Part shown: in pieces, positions 17,928 to 27,023 of the stretch | Numbering within the stretch: the first letter of the stretch is position 1 | Layout: each line of letters starts with the position of its first letter | IMG/VR virus record: IMGVR_UViG_3300017917_001342 | Coordinates: 454,644 to 518,643 of that record | Direction: 5' to 3' (one strand) | DNA length: 64,000 nucleotides | Notes under the pieces: generated by a model | Database searches by the model: none | The model's input: the letters and a program-made list of their open reading frames with translations, nothing else | Told to the model about the DNA's origin: nothing | Position numbers and translations under genes: made by a program

Positions 17928-18466
17928 ATAGGTTGGTCCTTTCCATATTCTTGCCATGATGTAAATGTATCACGTGTCATCAATTCGTGTAGACTATGAC
18001 ACCAAACACCTGGGTTAGATGCTTTGAAATCAGTGTCATCTATTTTCAACATTGTGTTGTAGTTGAACTGTTTGATATAGGGTATTTTGACACTGATCTG
18101 TGGAATGAAATTATCATACTCGCACCATCCAGATTCTAACACTGTGTTGCAATGCGTTACATCAAAATCCAATGTTACTAGATAATCCAGCTTCAACAAT
18201 GGTTTGATCATACTATCCCATTTTTGCATAGCATCGTACAAATCCACGTTGTATTTTGACATTGTTGCAGCAGGATCAAAACACTGATTTGCACCAACAA
18301 ATATGTGCTTACAATCATGCTTGTTTGCATAATCTACAATAGCAATTGGACTTTGAATATCTACCACAAACAGTGTGCGTTGACCATATGCCGGTGTGCG
18401 TTCTATTTCTGTACCAACAAAAAATACCACATTGTTTTTTACGCCGTCTGCATAATCTCGTTCCAT
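17924..18466 (-). CDS. Hypothetical protein translationally coupled to dpdA
   Basis: TAATG overlap with the dpdA stop; FF.G.EIE.TPAYG..TLFV and KIDD.DF...NPGVWCH motifs. Confidence 0.75.
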   Translation of the reverse strand: MERDYADGVKNNVVFFVGTEIERTPAYGQRTLFVVDIQSPIAIVDYANKHDCKHIFVGANQCFDPAATMSKYNVDLYDAMQKWDSMIKPLLKLDYLVTLDFDVTHCNTVLESGWCEYDNFIPQISVKIPYIKQFNYNTMLKIDDTDFKASNPGVWCHSLHELMTRDTFTSWQEYGKDQPI

Positions 18467-20124
18467 TACATATCCTCTATGTCCATACTGACATCGTTGT
18501 TGGCATCCATGCCTGTGATCTGCTGTAGCATTTTTGCATGTTTATTGATCAAATCCATTGGACGCTCGCTAGTGAATATTTCCGGACAGAGATCTCTAAA
18601 CTCTAATAGGTCTGGTGTTAGATGATGCCTAGCTTCTTCGATTGCCATGTCTTGATATTTGTTTGCAGTTTGAATTGCATCAATGTGTACTTCCACATTG
18701 TGATTCATTGCCAACAGATAACTGAACCCATCCATGCTGCTTGGCCACTTGAGCTGATACTTGTTGCGGTCATTGTTATAGTCTACATTACCCATATCAA
18801 ACAAGCCACCATTTTCGTGACTGTGCAACAGATACTCTTTGTATTCTTTAGTCCAACGGAACTTGTCACCTGCACGACCTTCGGGTGTTTTACTCCATTC
18901 GCCGTTTTCAATTTCTTTCTTTGTAAACTGTACTTTCTTGTATTCGAGATCATCATAGCCGCGAACACAGATATCACCAACTGTACAAGCATCGCCGATA
19001 CGCGAACGATAGGGATAGCAACTTTTAATACGGTTTTCAATTAACCAGTCATTTAGACTCTGCATACCGCCCTTGAGTTCTTTTTTATCAACAATTGGTC
19101 CACCTTTGAATCCTACACTGGTTGGACTTAGTTCGTATCCATAGTACATCTGACCTTTAGCTGTCATAACAAAAGGTGATGCAGCATCAAAGCTTACAGT
19201 AAGTTCCGGATCTACATATTTTCTCAATGCACGCTGTACAGTGGTTAATGCACAGCCTGCTTTGATCTTACCGTTACCAAGATAATGCAGCCATTCACGA
19301 CCTTGTAGATAACCATCGTCGCGCATGATAATCAGTCGACGTAGATTGATGCTAAAGTTACTGGCCTGTACGTTTGAGAATGCCCAGCTTTCAAATGGCA
19401 AGTCTTTGGTTGCTTCCCACCATATATCGCCTTCTTCTTGGTTACGACCTTGAAGAACGTTTAGGAATTTAGTAGCACCTTCTTTGCGATTCTTAATAAA
19501 GAACTCGTGATTTTCTAAACTACCACGTAGGCAGTCGCCGAAGTTTTTCAAACTTGGATGTAGACTTGCACCAGTTACTGGATCAAGACCAAACTTAACC
19601 AGTGCATAGGTAGGCCAGTCTAGTACCATACTGTAGTCACTAGTTGCTTCTAACCAGCGCAGCAGTTTCATACGAACATCATCTTTATCATTTAGATGCT
19701 GTTCGGGTGTTTGATTTGGCTTAGGATGCCATGGGTATTTTAGCACACCTGTTGCAGCTTGGAAACCACCACTGTCACCAATCATCACAGTGCGACTTCT
19801 GTCACGCTGTTGAACTAGGCTTTCTTGTTCCCAACTCTGTTCTGGATCAAGTATTGCATGTCCTGCCGAATACAGTGCAACAGGATAATAAAACATGCTG
19901 TTTGCAGGATCTAGAAAATCTAGATCCTTGAGTCCGTTGACCATACCTGGTGGCAACGATTCTCTCATGTTGTAGTTTTTCATGCTGGCAATTCTAGCAT
20001 AGATAGCACTGATACTAGGCAAGAAACATGCATAGTCTTTTTGCGGATCAGCAAGATTTTTAGCAGCGGGATTTAGGTTTAATCCGTCTGTTGTGAATTG
20101 AAATCGTTTAAATGTGTTTGTCAT
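18466..20124 (-). CDS. dpdA: TGT-family base-exchange enzyme, probable DNA 7-deazaguanine transglycosylase (DpdA-like)
   Basis: GDSGGFQ, MVLD, VLQG, HYLG, SFD, HN motifs of the TGT fold; co-located with folE, queE and a QueD-like gene. Confidence 0.8.
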   Translation of the reverse strand: MTNTFKRFQFTTDGLNLNPAAKNLADPQKDYACFLPSISAIYARIASMKNYNMRESLPPGMVNGLKDLDFLDPANSMFYYPVALYSAGHAILDPEQSWEQESLVQQRDRSRTVMIGDSGGFQAATGVLKYPWHPKPNQTPEQHLNDKDDVRMKLLRWLEATSDYSMVLDWPTYALVKFGLDPVTGASLHPSLKNFGDCLRGSLENHEFFIKNRKEGATKFLNVLQGRNQEEGDIWWEATKDLPFESWAFSNVQASNFSINLRRLIIMRDDGYLQGREWLHYLGNGKIKAGCALTTVQRALRKYVDPELTVSFDAASPFVMTAKGQMYYGYELSPTSVGFKGGPIVDKKELKGGMQSLNDWLIENRIKSCYPYRSRIGDACTVGDICVRGYDDLEYKKVQFTKKEIENGEWSKTPEGRAGDKFRWTKEYKEYLLHSHENGGLFDMGNVDYNNDRNKYQLKWPSSMDGFSYLLAMNHNVEVHIDAIQTANKYQDMAIEEARHHLTPDLLEFRDLCPEIFTSERPMDLINKHAKMLQQITGMDANNDVSMDIEDM

Positions 20125-20129
20125 GTCTA

Positions 20130-20158
20130 AGTATGGTCACTGGTTATTATATTGTCAA
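20130..20158 (-). promoter_or_regulatory. Putative sigma70-type promoter directly before dpdA
   Basis: TTGACA-N17-CATACT, 5 nt upstream of the ATG. Confidence 0.5.
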
Positions 20159-21255
20159 GCTGATTTTACTAAACTGTTTACCAATGGCGTCGCATCAGTA
20201 AACTGTGATATTTTGTTAACTTGTTCTGCAATATCCTGTTGCAATTGGTTGTCTCGATTTAGTACAGCGTTTACGTCTGCTTTTATACGAGCAATTAGAT
20301 TATCTTTATTTTTGAGGTAATTGTCAAAATTAATTGTCCATTCGCTAGGATACTTAAAACGATCATTCCACATTTCTTTATAGCTTAGCCTATCTGGTAC
20401 CATTGGCACAGCACCTGCAAGCAGACCTTCGATAACACTAATGCCATAGGTCTCTTGCAAATTAGCACTGAACACTATTGCAGCAGATCCCAGTATCTCA
20501 TGATATTGATCCTTTGTTAGGGTACGTTCTTGACACACTATCCATTCATACTCGGGCATTGACTCTGCAAGGTCTTTGAAAATCACTAGTTGCTTTTCTG
20601 GTGCTAGTCTGTGTGGGAATACAATCTGTGGCTTCTTAACTGGTTGTGCATACGCAGGCATAATATCATGTAGATATTCCATTGGCCAGCCTGTTAGCTG
20701 TACGCGGCCTTGAGAATTCTCATGCCATTTGTTCCATTCTTCGATACTGCCGTTGTCATCAAACAGTGTATTCAAAAACAGTTCGGCATGAAAATCAGTT
20801 GCAAACCAATTTACATCATAGGTGTAGAACATTGTGCCTTCTGCATTGCGAACCCAGGGTTTGTTGCCAATCAGCCTACCTAAGAAGTCTTGCGGGTCAT
20901 AGCTGCCAGCATGCCACATGCCATGTATTTCAATATTTTTCCCAAGTAATTCAGCCATGTAGCGTAGCTGAATTACAGTTGGGTTCCATGCATCTGTATA
21001 CAAAAATTTGTCACCATCTTGTATTTTGCCGTCTCTGAATAGCTGTGCAATTACACTTAGTTGCGAACCTTTATAGATGTTTGTTGCACCAAAATCTAGA
21101 AATGCACCCGGTGTTGGTTGTGCCGGTACATCTTCACCTTCTATGACTGCAACGGTTTCTGCACCTGCTGCGTCTAGCAGTTTGGGAATATGATCATACC
21201 ATTGTCTGGTATAGCGAGTGTCAATTGGTTCAATTGGTACTACGTATATAGTCAT
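20155..21255 (-). CDS. GT-B fold glycosyltransferase (GT4-like)
   Basis: FPHRLAPEK, E-x7-E motif QETYGISVIEG, GAVPMVP..LSYKE. Confidence 0.85.
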   Translation of the reverse strand: MTIYVVPIEPIDTRYTRQWYDHIPKLLDAAGAETVAVIEGEDVPAQPTPGAFLDFGATNIYKGSQLSVIAQLFRDGKIQDGDKFLYTDAWNPTVIQLRYMAELLGKNIEIHGMWHAGSYDPQDFLGRLIGNKPWVRNAEGTMFYTYDVNWFATDFHAELFLNTLFDDNGSIEEWNKWHENSQGRVQLTGWPMEYLHDIMPAYAQPVKKPQIVFPHRLAPEKQLVIFKDLAESMPEYEWIVCQERTLTKDQYHEILGSAAIVFSANLQETYGISVIEGLLAGAVPMVPDRLSYKEMWNDRFKYPSEWTINFDNYLKNKDNLIARIKADVNAVLNRDNQLQQDIAEQVNKISQFTDATPLVNSLVKSA

Positions 21256-21256
21256 G

Positions 21257-21709
21257 TTACATTCCCCACATGTTGTCTTCGTATCGACGTATCACACGTT
21301 CGATTATATCTTGTGCATCTTTATTGGCTTTGGTAGTGTGAATAGCATTCTTCAACGACCGTATCATATGCTTGCGCATAATTTCTTGATTTTCTATGTA
21401 TCGATCCATAGATATTTTACCAATGTCATTGCTGTTAGAATGCCATTCATTGTAAACGCGAACTAATTCATCAAAGTTGCGTTTGCTTTCTTCGTCCCAC
21501 ATGCTAACTGGCTCATAGGGATCGTCACAACCATTGATATAGTTGCACAATCCGCTATCCATTAGATTAACAATACTTTCTAAGTCTTGAATACGTTTTT
21601 GTTGATCGACGATAGTGTCAATGGCTTCTTTGATCAAAAGATGTACTTTACTATCAGCCATATGCGATTCTAATCGGTTTACCAAATTAGCAAGTGTGGC
21701 GTCATTCAT
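21257..21709 (-). CDS. Hypothetical protein
   Basis: Coupled ORF between the T-fold gene and the GT. Confidence 0.55.
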   Translation of the reverse strand: MNDATLANLVNRLESHMADSKVHLLIKEAIDTIVDQQKRIQDLESIVNLMDSGLCNYINGCDDPYEPVSMWDEESKRNFDELVRVYNEWHSNSNDIGKISMDRYIENQEIMRKHMIRSLKNAIHTTKANKDAQDIIERVIRRYEDNMWGM

Positions 21710-22116
21710 TATGCTAGTCCTTTAATGTGTTCAGCACGGTCCCACTTGATTAGTGCGCCGTTTTCATTGTCTTCGCTAACTTCGATCCACACACTGCGAT
21801 TTGGATAACGAGCAGAAATTTCTGCATACAAATCATCTGCAATCATCTCGCAGCTTTTGTAATCTAGATTGAGTATGTTGTCGCCATAGAGATTTTGCAG
21901 CCAACGTTTGAACTGAATAAATTCAATGTCCCTGTCGTCGTGTGTTACACTGATCCAAACTTGAAAGTGAAAAATGTGACGATGCGGATGCCCTAGAAAA
22001 CTAACATCATATTTGTCACCAGTTGCAAGTTTTGGATCAGTTAATGCCGCAGGATATCTGTGAATACCTTCCTGGGTAAACTTTACCCAGATCATTTTGC
22101 TTGTAGCATCAACCAT
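21709..22116 (-). CDS. QueD-like T-fold protein, DpdL-type (putative CDG decarboxylase)
   Basis: EGIH, LGHPHRHIF (LxxxHRHxF rather than QueD CxxxHGH), DRDIEF, SCEMIA, EVSEDNENG. Confidence 0.7.
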   Translation of the reverse strand: MVDATSKMIWVKFTQEGIHRYPAALTDPKLATGDKYDVSFLGHPHRHIFHFQVWISVTHDDRDIEFIQFKRWLQNLYGDNILNLDYKSCEMIADDLYAEISARYPNRSVWIEVSEDNENGALIKWDRAEHIKGLA

Positions 22117-22175
22117 TAGAAGTCTCCTATACTGTGATTCTACAGTATAGCGTCAATACCGCAAATCAGCTAGTA

Positions 22176-25100
22176 TCAAAGATCGATAGTAGTTCTAACG
22201 GTTTTAATAACCATAGTACCACTATTAGCAGGAGTGAATATTAATTCCACAACTCCGCCTACAATGTCTGCATCAAACTCGCCTAAGCTGCCACTGGTAT
22301 AGATGTAGTTGTATTCGGTAATGTACACATCAGTACCGTCATGTATTAACATAACCTGTCCGGATTGATAAGTGCTATTGGTTTGATCTGTAATCTGTAT
22401 AAAGTAGTGAGCAGTTCTGTATTCTGTTGCAGGCCATGAGTCTACTACCTGTTGGAACGTGCTAGAACTAGTATATGAATTACCATCTAGTACCCAGGTG
22501 TTACCGCTTACAGTAGAATTGCTGTTGAGTTTTTCTACAGTAACAGTACCTCTAGAAGTCAATGCACTGACGTTAGCATGACCGGCAACAGCAATGTTAC
22601 CGCCCGCATTAACATCACCGCCAAGACCTATGCCACCACCTACTACCAATGCACCTGTGGCAGTGTTTGTGCTTGCATTAGTTGAGTTAACTGTTACATT
22701 CTGTCCAAACTGACCATAGACGTTGCTTACCAATGCATTTACTGTTGCAGTACCACTACTCTGTAGTGATGTAACTGTAAATGCAGTGCCGCTAATAGCA
22801 CCATTTGATATCAAACTGCCTACTGAGAGACTGCTGTTAAAATTGGATGCACCGGTAACACCAACACCGCCGCGTACATCCAAGTTACTGTTTGGTGTTG
22901 TAGTGTTTATACCAATACTGCCAGTGAATGCAGTATAACCACTCAGGCCACCGGTTATATCTAGATAAGCACCTGTATCGTTATTGATACTGCCTCTAAA
23001 ACTAGCAACGTTGCTTACATATAATCCAGTACCCGGTCCGTCTGCTAAGATTGCACCGCCCATAACTTCAAGTTGTGTAGCTGGATTATTAGTGCCGATA
23101 CCAACACGACCTGCGAAATAGTTTACACTACCACCAGTGACAATGTTGCCACCTATACCAATACCGCCGCCTACAACCAACGCACCGGTAGTTGTACTGA
23201 TACTAGGATTGGTACTGTTAACAGTTACGTTTTGACCAAACAAACCATAGACGTTTGAAATCAATACGTCTGTTAAGGTTGTGGTGCTGCTTTGTATAGA
23301 TGTAAATCCGGCATGTGTACCCGTAACTGTGCCGTTACTAGCTAGAGAACTTACACTGGCTCTACCAACTGATTGTATGTTAGTTGCTACAACATTGGTA
23401 TTACTTGATAAACTGTTAACAGATGTGTGACCGATGACTTTTAATTCGTTGACAGTCAGTCTTGTTGCATTGTTGTCCCAGAATAAGTTGTCACCGTTAC
23501 CTGAGAAGCTGTTTGCTGCGCCCGCAAATTGCACTGTACCTGGAATACCATAACTCAGTGTGCTGGTAGCAGATGTAGTTTGGAAACTGCCGTCTGGGAA
23601 TATTATGCCGCTGGCTGTATTGGAATTACCTATATGTATATTTCCGTATACGTCCAATGGATAATTGTAAGTTGCAGTGCCTATACCGATTGCAACATTG
23701 GCAATAATGTAAGTACCAGCAGTAATACTGGTGTTGCTAACCAACACATTGAACTGCGAACTACCGCCAACAGTTATATTGTTAGCAGTAAATCCTATAT
23801 TTGCAACAACATAATTTGCTTGTAACGTGCCACTTGATTGAATATCACCGTTGCTTACTAATCGTTGACCGGTGATAGTACCGTTTGCTTGTATAAATGT
23901 ATTACTGCGTAGAGAATCACCTACGATTTTATCGTTGGCCTGTATGGCAATATTAGAATAGAGATTCTGTGCAACAATCTGGCCGGTGGATTGTATAAAA
24001 CTGTTACTGTAAATTTCGCCAGCCCACAGTGTACCATTGGCCTGTATTGTAGTATTACTTGTTAGTTTGTTACCTAATACGTAACTATCAGCCTGAACAA
24101 AGTTATTACTATAATATCCATTGGCATATACAAAAGATGCTGCTCGTACAGTGGAATTACTTGAAAATGTGTCAACAATTACAATACCAGTAGCATTCAA
24201 ACTACCAGTTTTCATGTCAACGTTGCTGTAAATGCTGTCCCCTAAAATTACAGTAGCAGCTTGAATTGTAGAATTGCTAAAAATTCTATTTGCAGTTATA
24301 TCACTGCGAGCAGAAATGCTGTCTGCATTCACATAGGTATTGGAGTCTAAATATCCAGTCTGTGTACCTAAATGTGTATAGGTATAATTTGATACAGTTT
24401 GAGAAAAATTACCTTGTGTTGCATTTAACACAGATGCTTGTACAAAGGAATTGCTGATAATAGCATTGGCTATTATTCTGTCAGATGCATTAACTACTGG
24501 TGAAAATACTGAAATGTTACCAACTAGAACATTACCAGTAATATAGTTTAATGCTGTAATATTGTTACTAGTAACCGAATCATTTGCTGCCAACAACAAT
24601 CCAGTTATTGTGTTTGTAGCAGACATGTTGGTAGCACTGATTGCAGTGTTACTCTGTATATTATTACCTGTGATAGTACCTGCGGCGCTGACAAAACTGT
24701 TGCTTCTTATACCGTTTGATTGTATGTCGTTTACAGCTCGTATACCGTCTAGCGAAGAAATTTGACCGCCGGTGTTCAGAGAATCTCCGATACCAACACC
24801 ACCTGCAACAATTAATGCACCTGTGGTAGTATTAGTACTTACAGTAGTATTGCTGAGATATTGACTACCAAAGTGAGCTCTACCATAGACATATCCGGCT
24901 ATCGCTTCAAATGGGTTATATACATTACTAGAATTTGGTTGCACATTGGTGATGTAAATGAGATCACCTGTGCTGTTTTGCCAACCTAAGAATGCATTAT
25001 TATCATCAATGACATAATAATTCATTATCATGCCACGATCATAACCATCGTTAACAGTTAATGGGTCATTGTTAATCGATTCGTTACCAACTATGATAGT

Positions 25101-26954
25101 TGGACCTAGTATAGAAACTACGTTACTGTTGATAATAGAACTGTTACCAGTGACGATTAAGTTACCGGCAACACGCAGGTTACCAGCTATAAATGCAGCA
25201 CCTCCTACGTTAAGGTTGCCGCCAATTCCCACACCGCCTGTAACAGTCAATGCACCGCTTGCTGTACCATAGCTCTGTGCAGTGTTTGTAACGTTAACGA
25301 TACCGGATACATTTAAATCTGCTGTGACAACTGTGGTATTTGCAGTTATGATATTTGCACTTATTTGATTAAATGCATTGATGTTTTCAGAAGTTACGTT
25401 GAGATTTGCGTATATTTGATCGGCTATTACATCAGCAGATTGAATGGTAGTATTACTGACAATTTGTTGCGATACTATACCGGTAATTACGTTTACAGTG
25501 TTTGCAGTTATCTCAGTGTTGGTAATTACAGAATTTAACTGTGCAACACCGACAGATTTTATAGTAGATGCTTCTACAAATCCATTACTGCGAATATCGT
25601 TGCCTATTATTAAATCTGCGGCGGTCATAGTAGACAAACTGTCAACTGCCCCGCCTAGTATTCTACCGGCAGCATAGATCACAGTATTACTTGATAGAGA
25701 ATCTACATTTGCGTGAAAATGTACGGTTATTCTCTGAGTTGTGGTACTACCAGTTACTTCTAATGTGTTAAGCGTAGTGTCACTCAACACCTGTAGATTA
25801 TTTGACGTAATGGTATTATTAGTGTTTAAACTGTCTACACTAGTTAAACCAGTTGATTGTAGATTGGTAGCAACTACATTGGTATTGCTATTCAAACTTT
25901 GAACAGTGGTAGTTCCACTATTTTGCAGCGATGTAAATGTGCCAGCAGTACCGTTTATAGTAGTACCAACAATTGCGCCGTTGCTATTCAATGAATTTAC
26001 AGTAGCAACTCCGGCGGTATTAAAATCACCGCTATACAGCGTGTTAGTAAATGTGCCGTTGACTGCGTCTACATAGGTATTGCTTGTAAATGCGTTGACA
26101 ACTGCATTACCACTTACCTGCAGATTGGTAAATGTACCAGTGTTAAAATTGATTACATTGCCACTAATAGTGGTATTGCTTACAAGTGCGTTTACTGTTG
26201 CTGTTCCGCTGCTTTGTAAACTGTTAAATGTACCATCAGTGCCATTTATACTTGTGCCATTGATTGCACCATTACTCGCAAGCGCATTTACTGTTGCAGT
26301 ACCAGAAACATTTAACTGGCCAGCGTAGGCATCACTGGCAAATATACCAGTTAAACCGCTAACCGCAGTGTTGCTTGCTAACGAGTTGACAGTAGCAACA
26401 CCCGCAGTGTTGAGCTCAGCACTATAGATTGCAGTATTTGATACAAAATTGTTAACGGTTGCAGTGTTTGAAACAGTTAAGTCGTTGCCGATGATATTAA
26501 GTGCAGCAGCATAACCATTTACAATTAGATTCGCACCGTTGTCTAACACAAGGTTATTGCTGGTGTAATCCCAAAATAAGTGCGACGAATCGCCGGCAAA
26601 TGCGTTGCCAACACCGGCAAACTGTATAGTACCTTGAATACCAAAGCTTGGTGTATTTTTAGTAGCAGTGCTTTGAAATGTTCCGTCTGGAAATATTATA
26701 CCGCTTGAAGTTGCAGTATTGCTGATATGCACATTACCCCAAACATCTAATGGATAGACGATTTGAGATGTGCCTATGCCAATAGCTGTAAAATTACCTT
26801 GGTTTATTATTACGTTGCCTGGTAATCCGGATGCAGTTAGCAGTTGAAGGTCGCCGCCAGAATTGACTAAGCGAGGTCCGCCTTTGCCAAAGCTCAGGTC
26901 TCCAGAAACGCCACTCTGTCTAAAATCAAAAGTTGGGTTAGTTGGTAAAGTCAT
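22176..26954 (-). CDS. Large virion structural/tail-fibre-like protein, Asn/Thr/Ser/Gly-rich repeats
   Basis: 1592 aa; TGAL.V.GG.GIGG and FPDG.FQ.T repeats; C-terminal YRTAHY.IQ...IHDG...EY module; CTAAATA upstream. Confidence 0.75.
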   Translation of the reverse strand: MTLPTNPTFDFRQSGVSGDLSFGKGGPRLVNSGGDLQLLTASGLPGNVIINQGNFTAIGIGTSQIVYPLDVWGNVHISNTATSSGIIFPDGTFQSTATKNTPSFGIQGTIQFAGVGNAFAGDSSHLFWDYTSNNLVLDNGANLIVNGYAAALNIIGNDLTVSNTATVNNFVSNTAIYSAELNTAGVATVNSLASNTAVSGLTGIFASDAYAGQLNVSGTATVNALASNGAINGTSINGTDGTFNSLQSSGTATVNALVSNTTISGNVINFNTGTFTNLQVSGNAVVNAFTSNTYVDAVNGTFTNTLYSGDFNTAGVATVNSLNSNGAIVGTTINGTAGTFTSLQNSGTTTVQSLNSNTNVVATNLQSTGLTSVDSLNTNNTITSNNLQVLSDTTLNTLEVTGSTTTQRITVHFHANVDSLSSNTVIYAAGRILGGAVDSLSTMTAADLIIGNDIRSNGFVEASTIKSVGVAQLNSVITNTEITANTVNVITGIVSQQIVSNTTIQSADVIADQIYANLNVTSENINAFNQISANIITANTTVVTADLNVSGIVNVTNTAQSYGTASGALTVTGGVGIGGNLNVGGAAFIAGNLRVAGNLIVTGNSSIINSNVVSILGPTIIVGNESINNDPLTVNDGYDRGMIMNYYVIDDNNAFLGWQNSTGDLIYITNVQPNSSNVYNPFEAIAGYVYGRAHFGSQYLSNTTVSTNTTTGALIVAGGVGIGDSLNTGGQISSLDGIRAVNDIQSNGIRSNSFVSAAGTITGNNIQSNTAISATNMSATNTITGLLLAANDSVTSNNITALNYITGNVLVGNISVFSPVVNASDRIIANAIISNSFVQASVLNATQGNFSQTVSNYTYTHLGTQTGYLDSNTYVNADSISARSDITANRIFSNSTIQAATVILGDSIYSNVDMKTGSLNATGIVIVDTFSSNSTVRAASFVYANGYYSNNFVQADSYVLGNKLTSNTTIQANGTLWAGEIYSNSFIQSTGQIVAQNLYSNIAIQANDKIVGDSLRSNTFIQANGTITGQRLVSNGDIQSSGTLQANYVVANIGFTANNITVGGSSQFNVLVSNTSITAGTYIIANVAIGIGTATYNYPLDVYGNIHIGNSNTASGIIFPDGSFQTTSATSTLSYGIPGTVQFAGAANSFSGNGDNLFWDNNATRLTVNELKVIGHTSVNSLSSNTNVVATNIQSVGRASVSSLASNGTVTGTHAGFTSIQSSTTTLTDVLISNVYGLFGQNVTVNSTNPSISTTTGALVVGGGIGIGGNIVTGGSVNYFAGRVGIGTNNPATQLEVMGGAILADGPGTGLYVSNVASFRGSINNDTGAYLDITGGLSGYTAFTGSIGINTTTPNSNLDVRGGVGVTGASNFNSSLSVGSLISNGAISGTAFTVTSLQSSGTATVNALVSNVYGQFGQNVTVNSTNASTNTATGALVVGGGIGLGGDVNAGGNIAVAGHANVSALTSRGTVTVEKLNSNSTVSGNTWVLDGNSYTSSSTFQQVVDSWPATEYRTAHYFIQITDQTNSTYQSGQVMLIHDGTDVYITEYNYIYTSGSLGEFDADIVGGVVELIFTPANSGTMVIKTVRTTIDL

Positions 26955-27023
26955 TATGTTTCCGGCCGGTGTAAATACCTACGACGATATTTAGTTGAAC
27001 CTGTTTTTGTAAAACCGGGTTGG

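Noticed and set aside
18466-20124. Ordinary tRNA-guanine transglycosylase (queuosine pathway)
   Set aside because: Lacks the CxCxxC Zn motif, is long and divergent, and has no queA/queG nearby. The phage context favours DpdA, although tRNA activity is untested.
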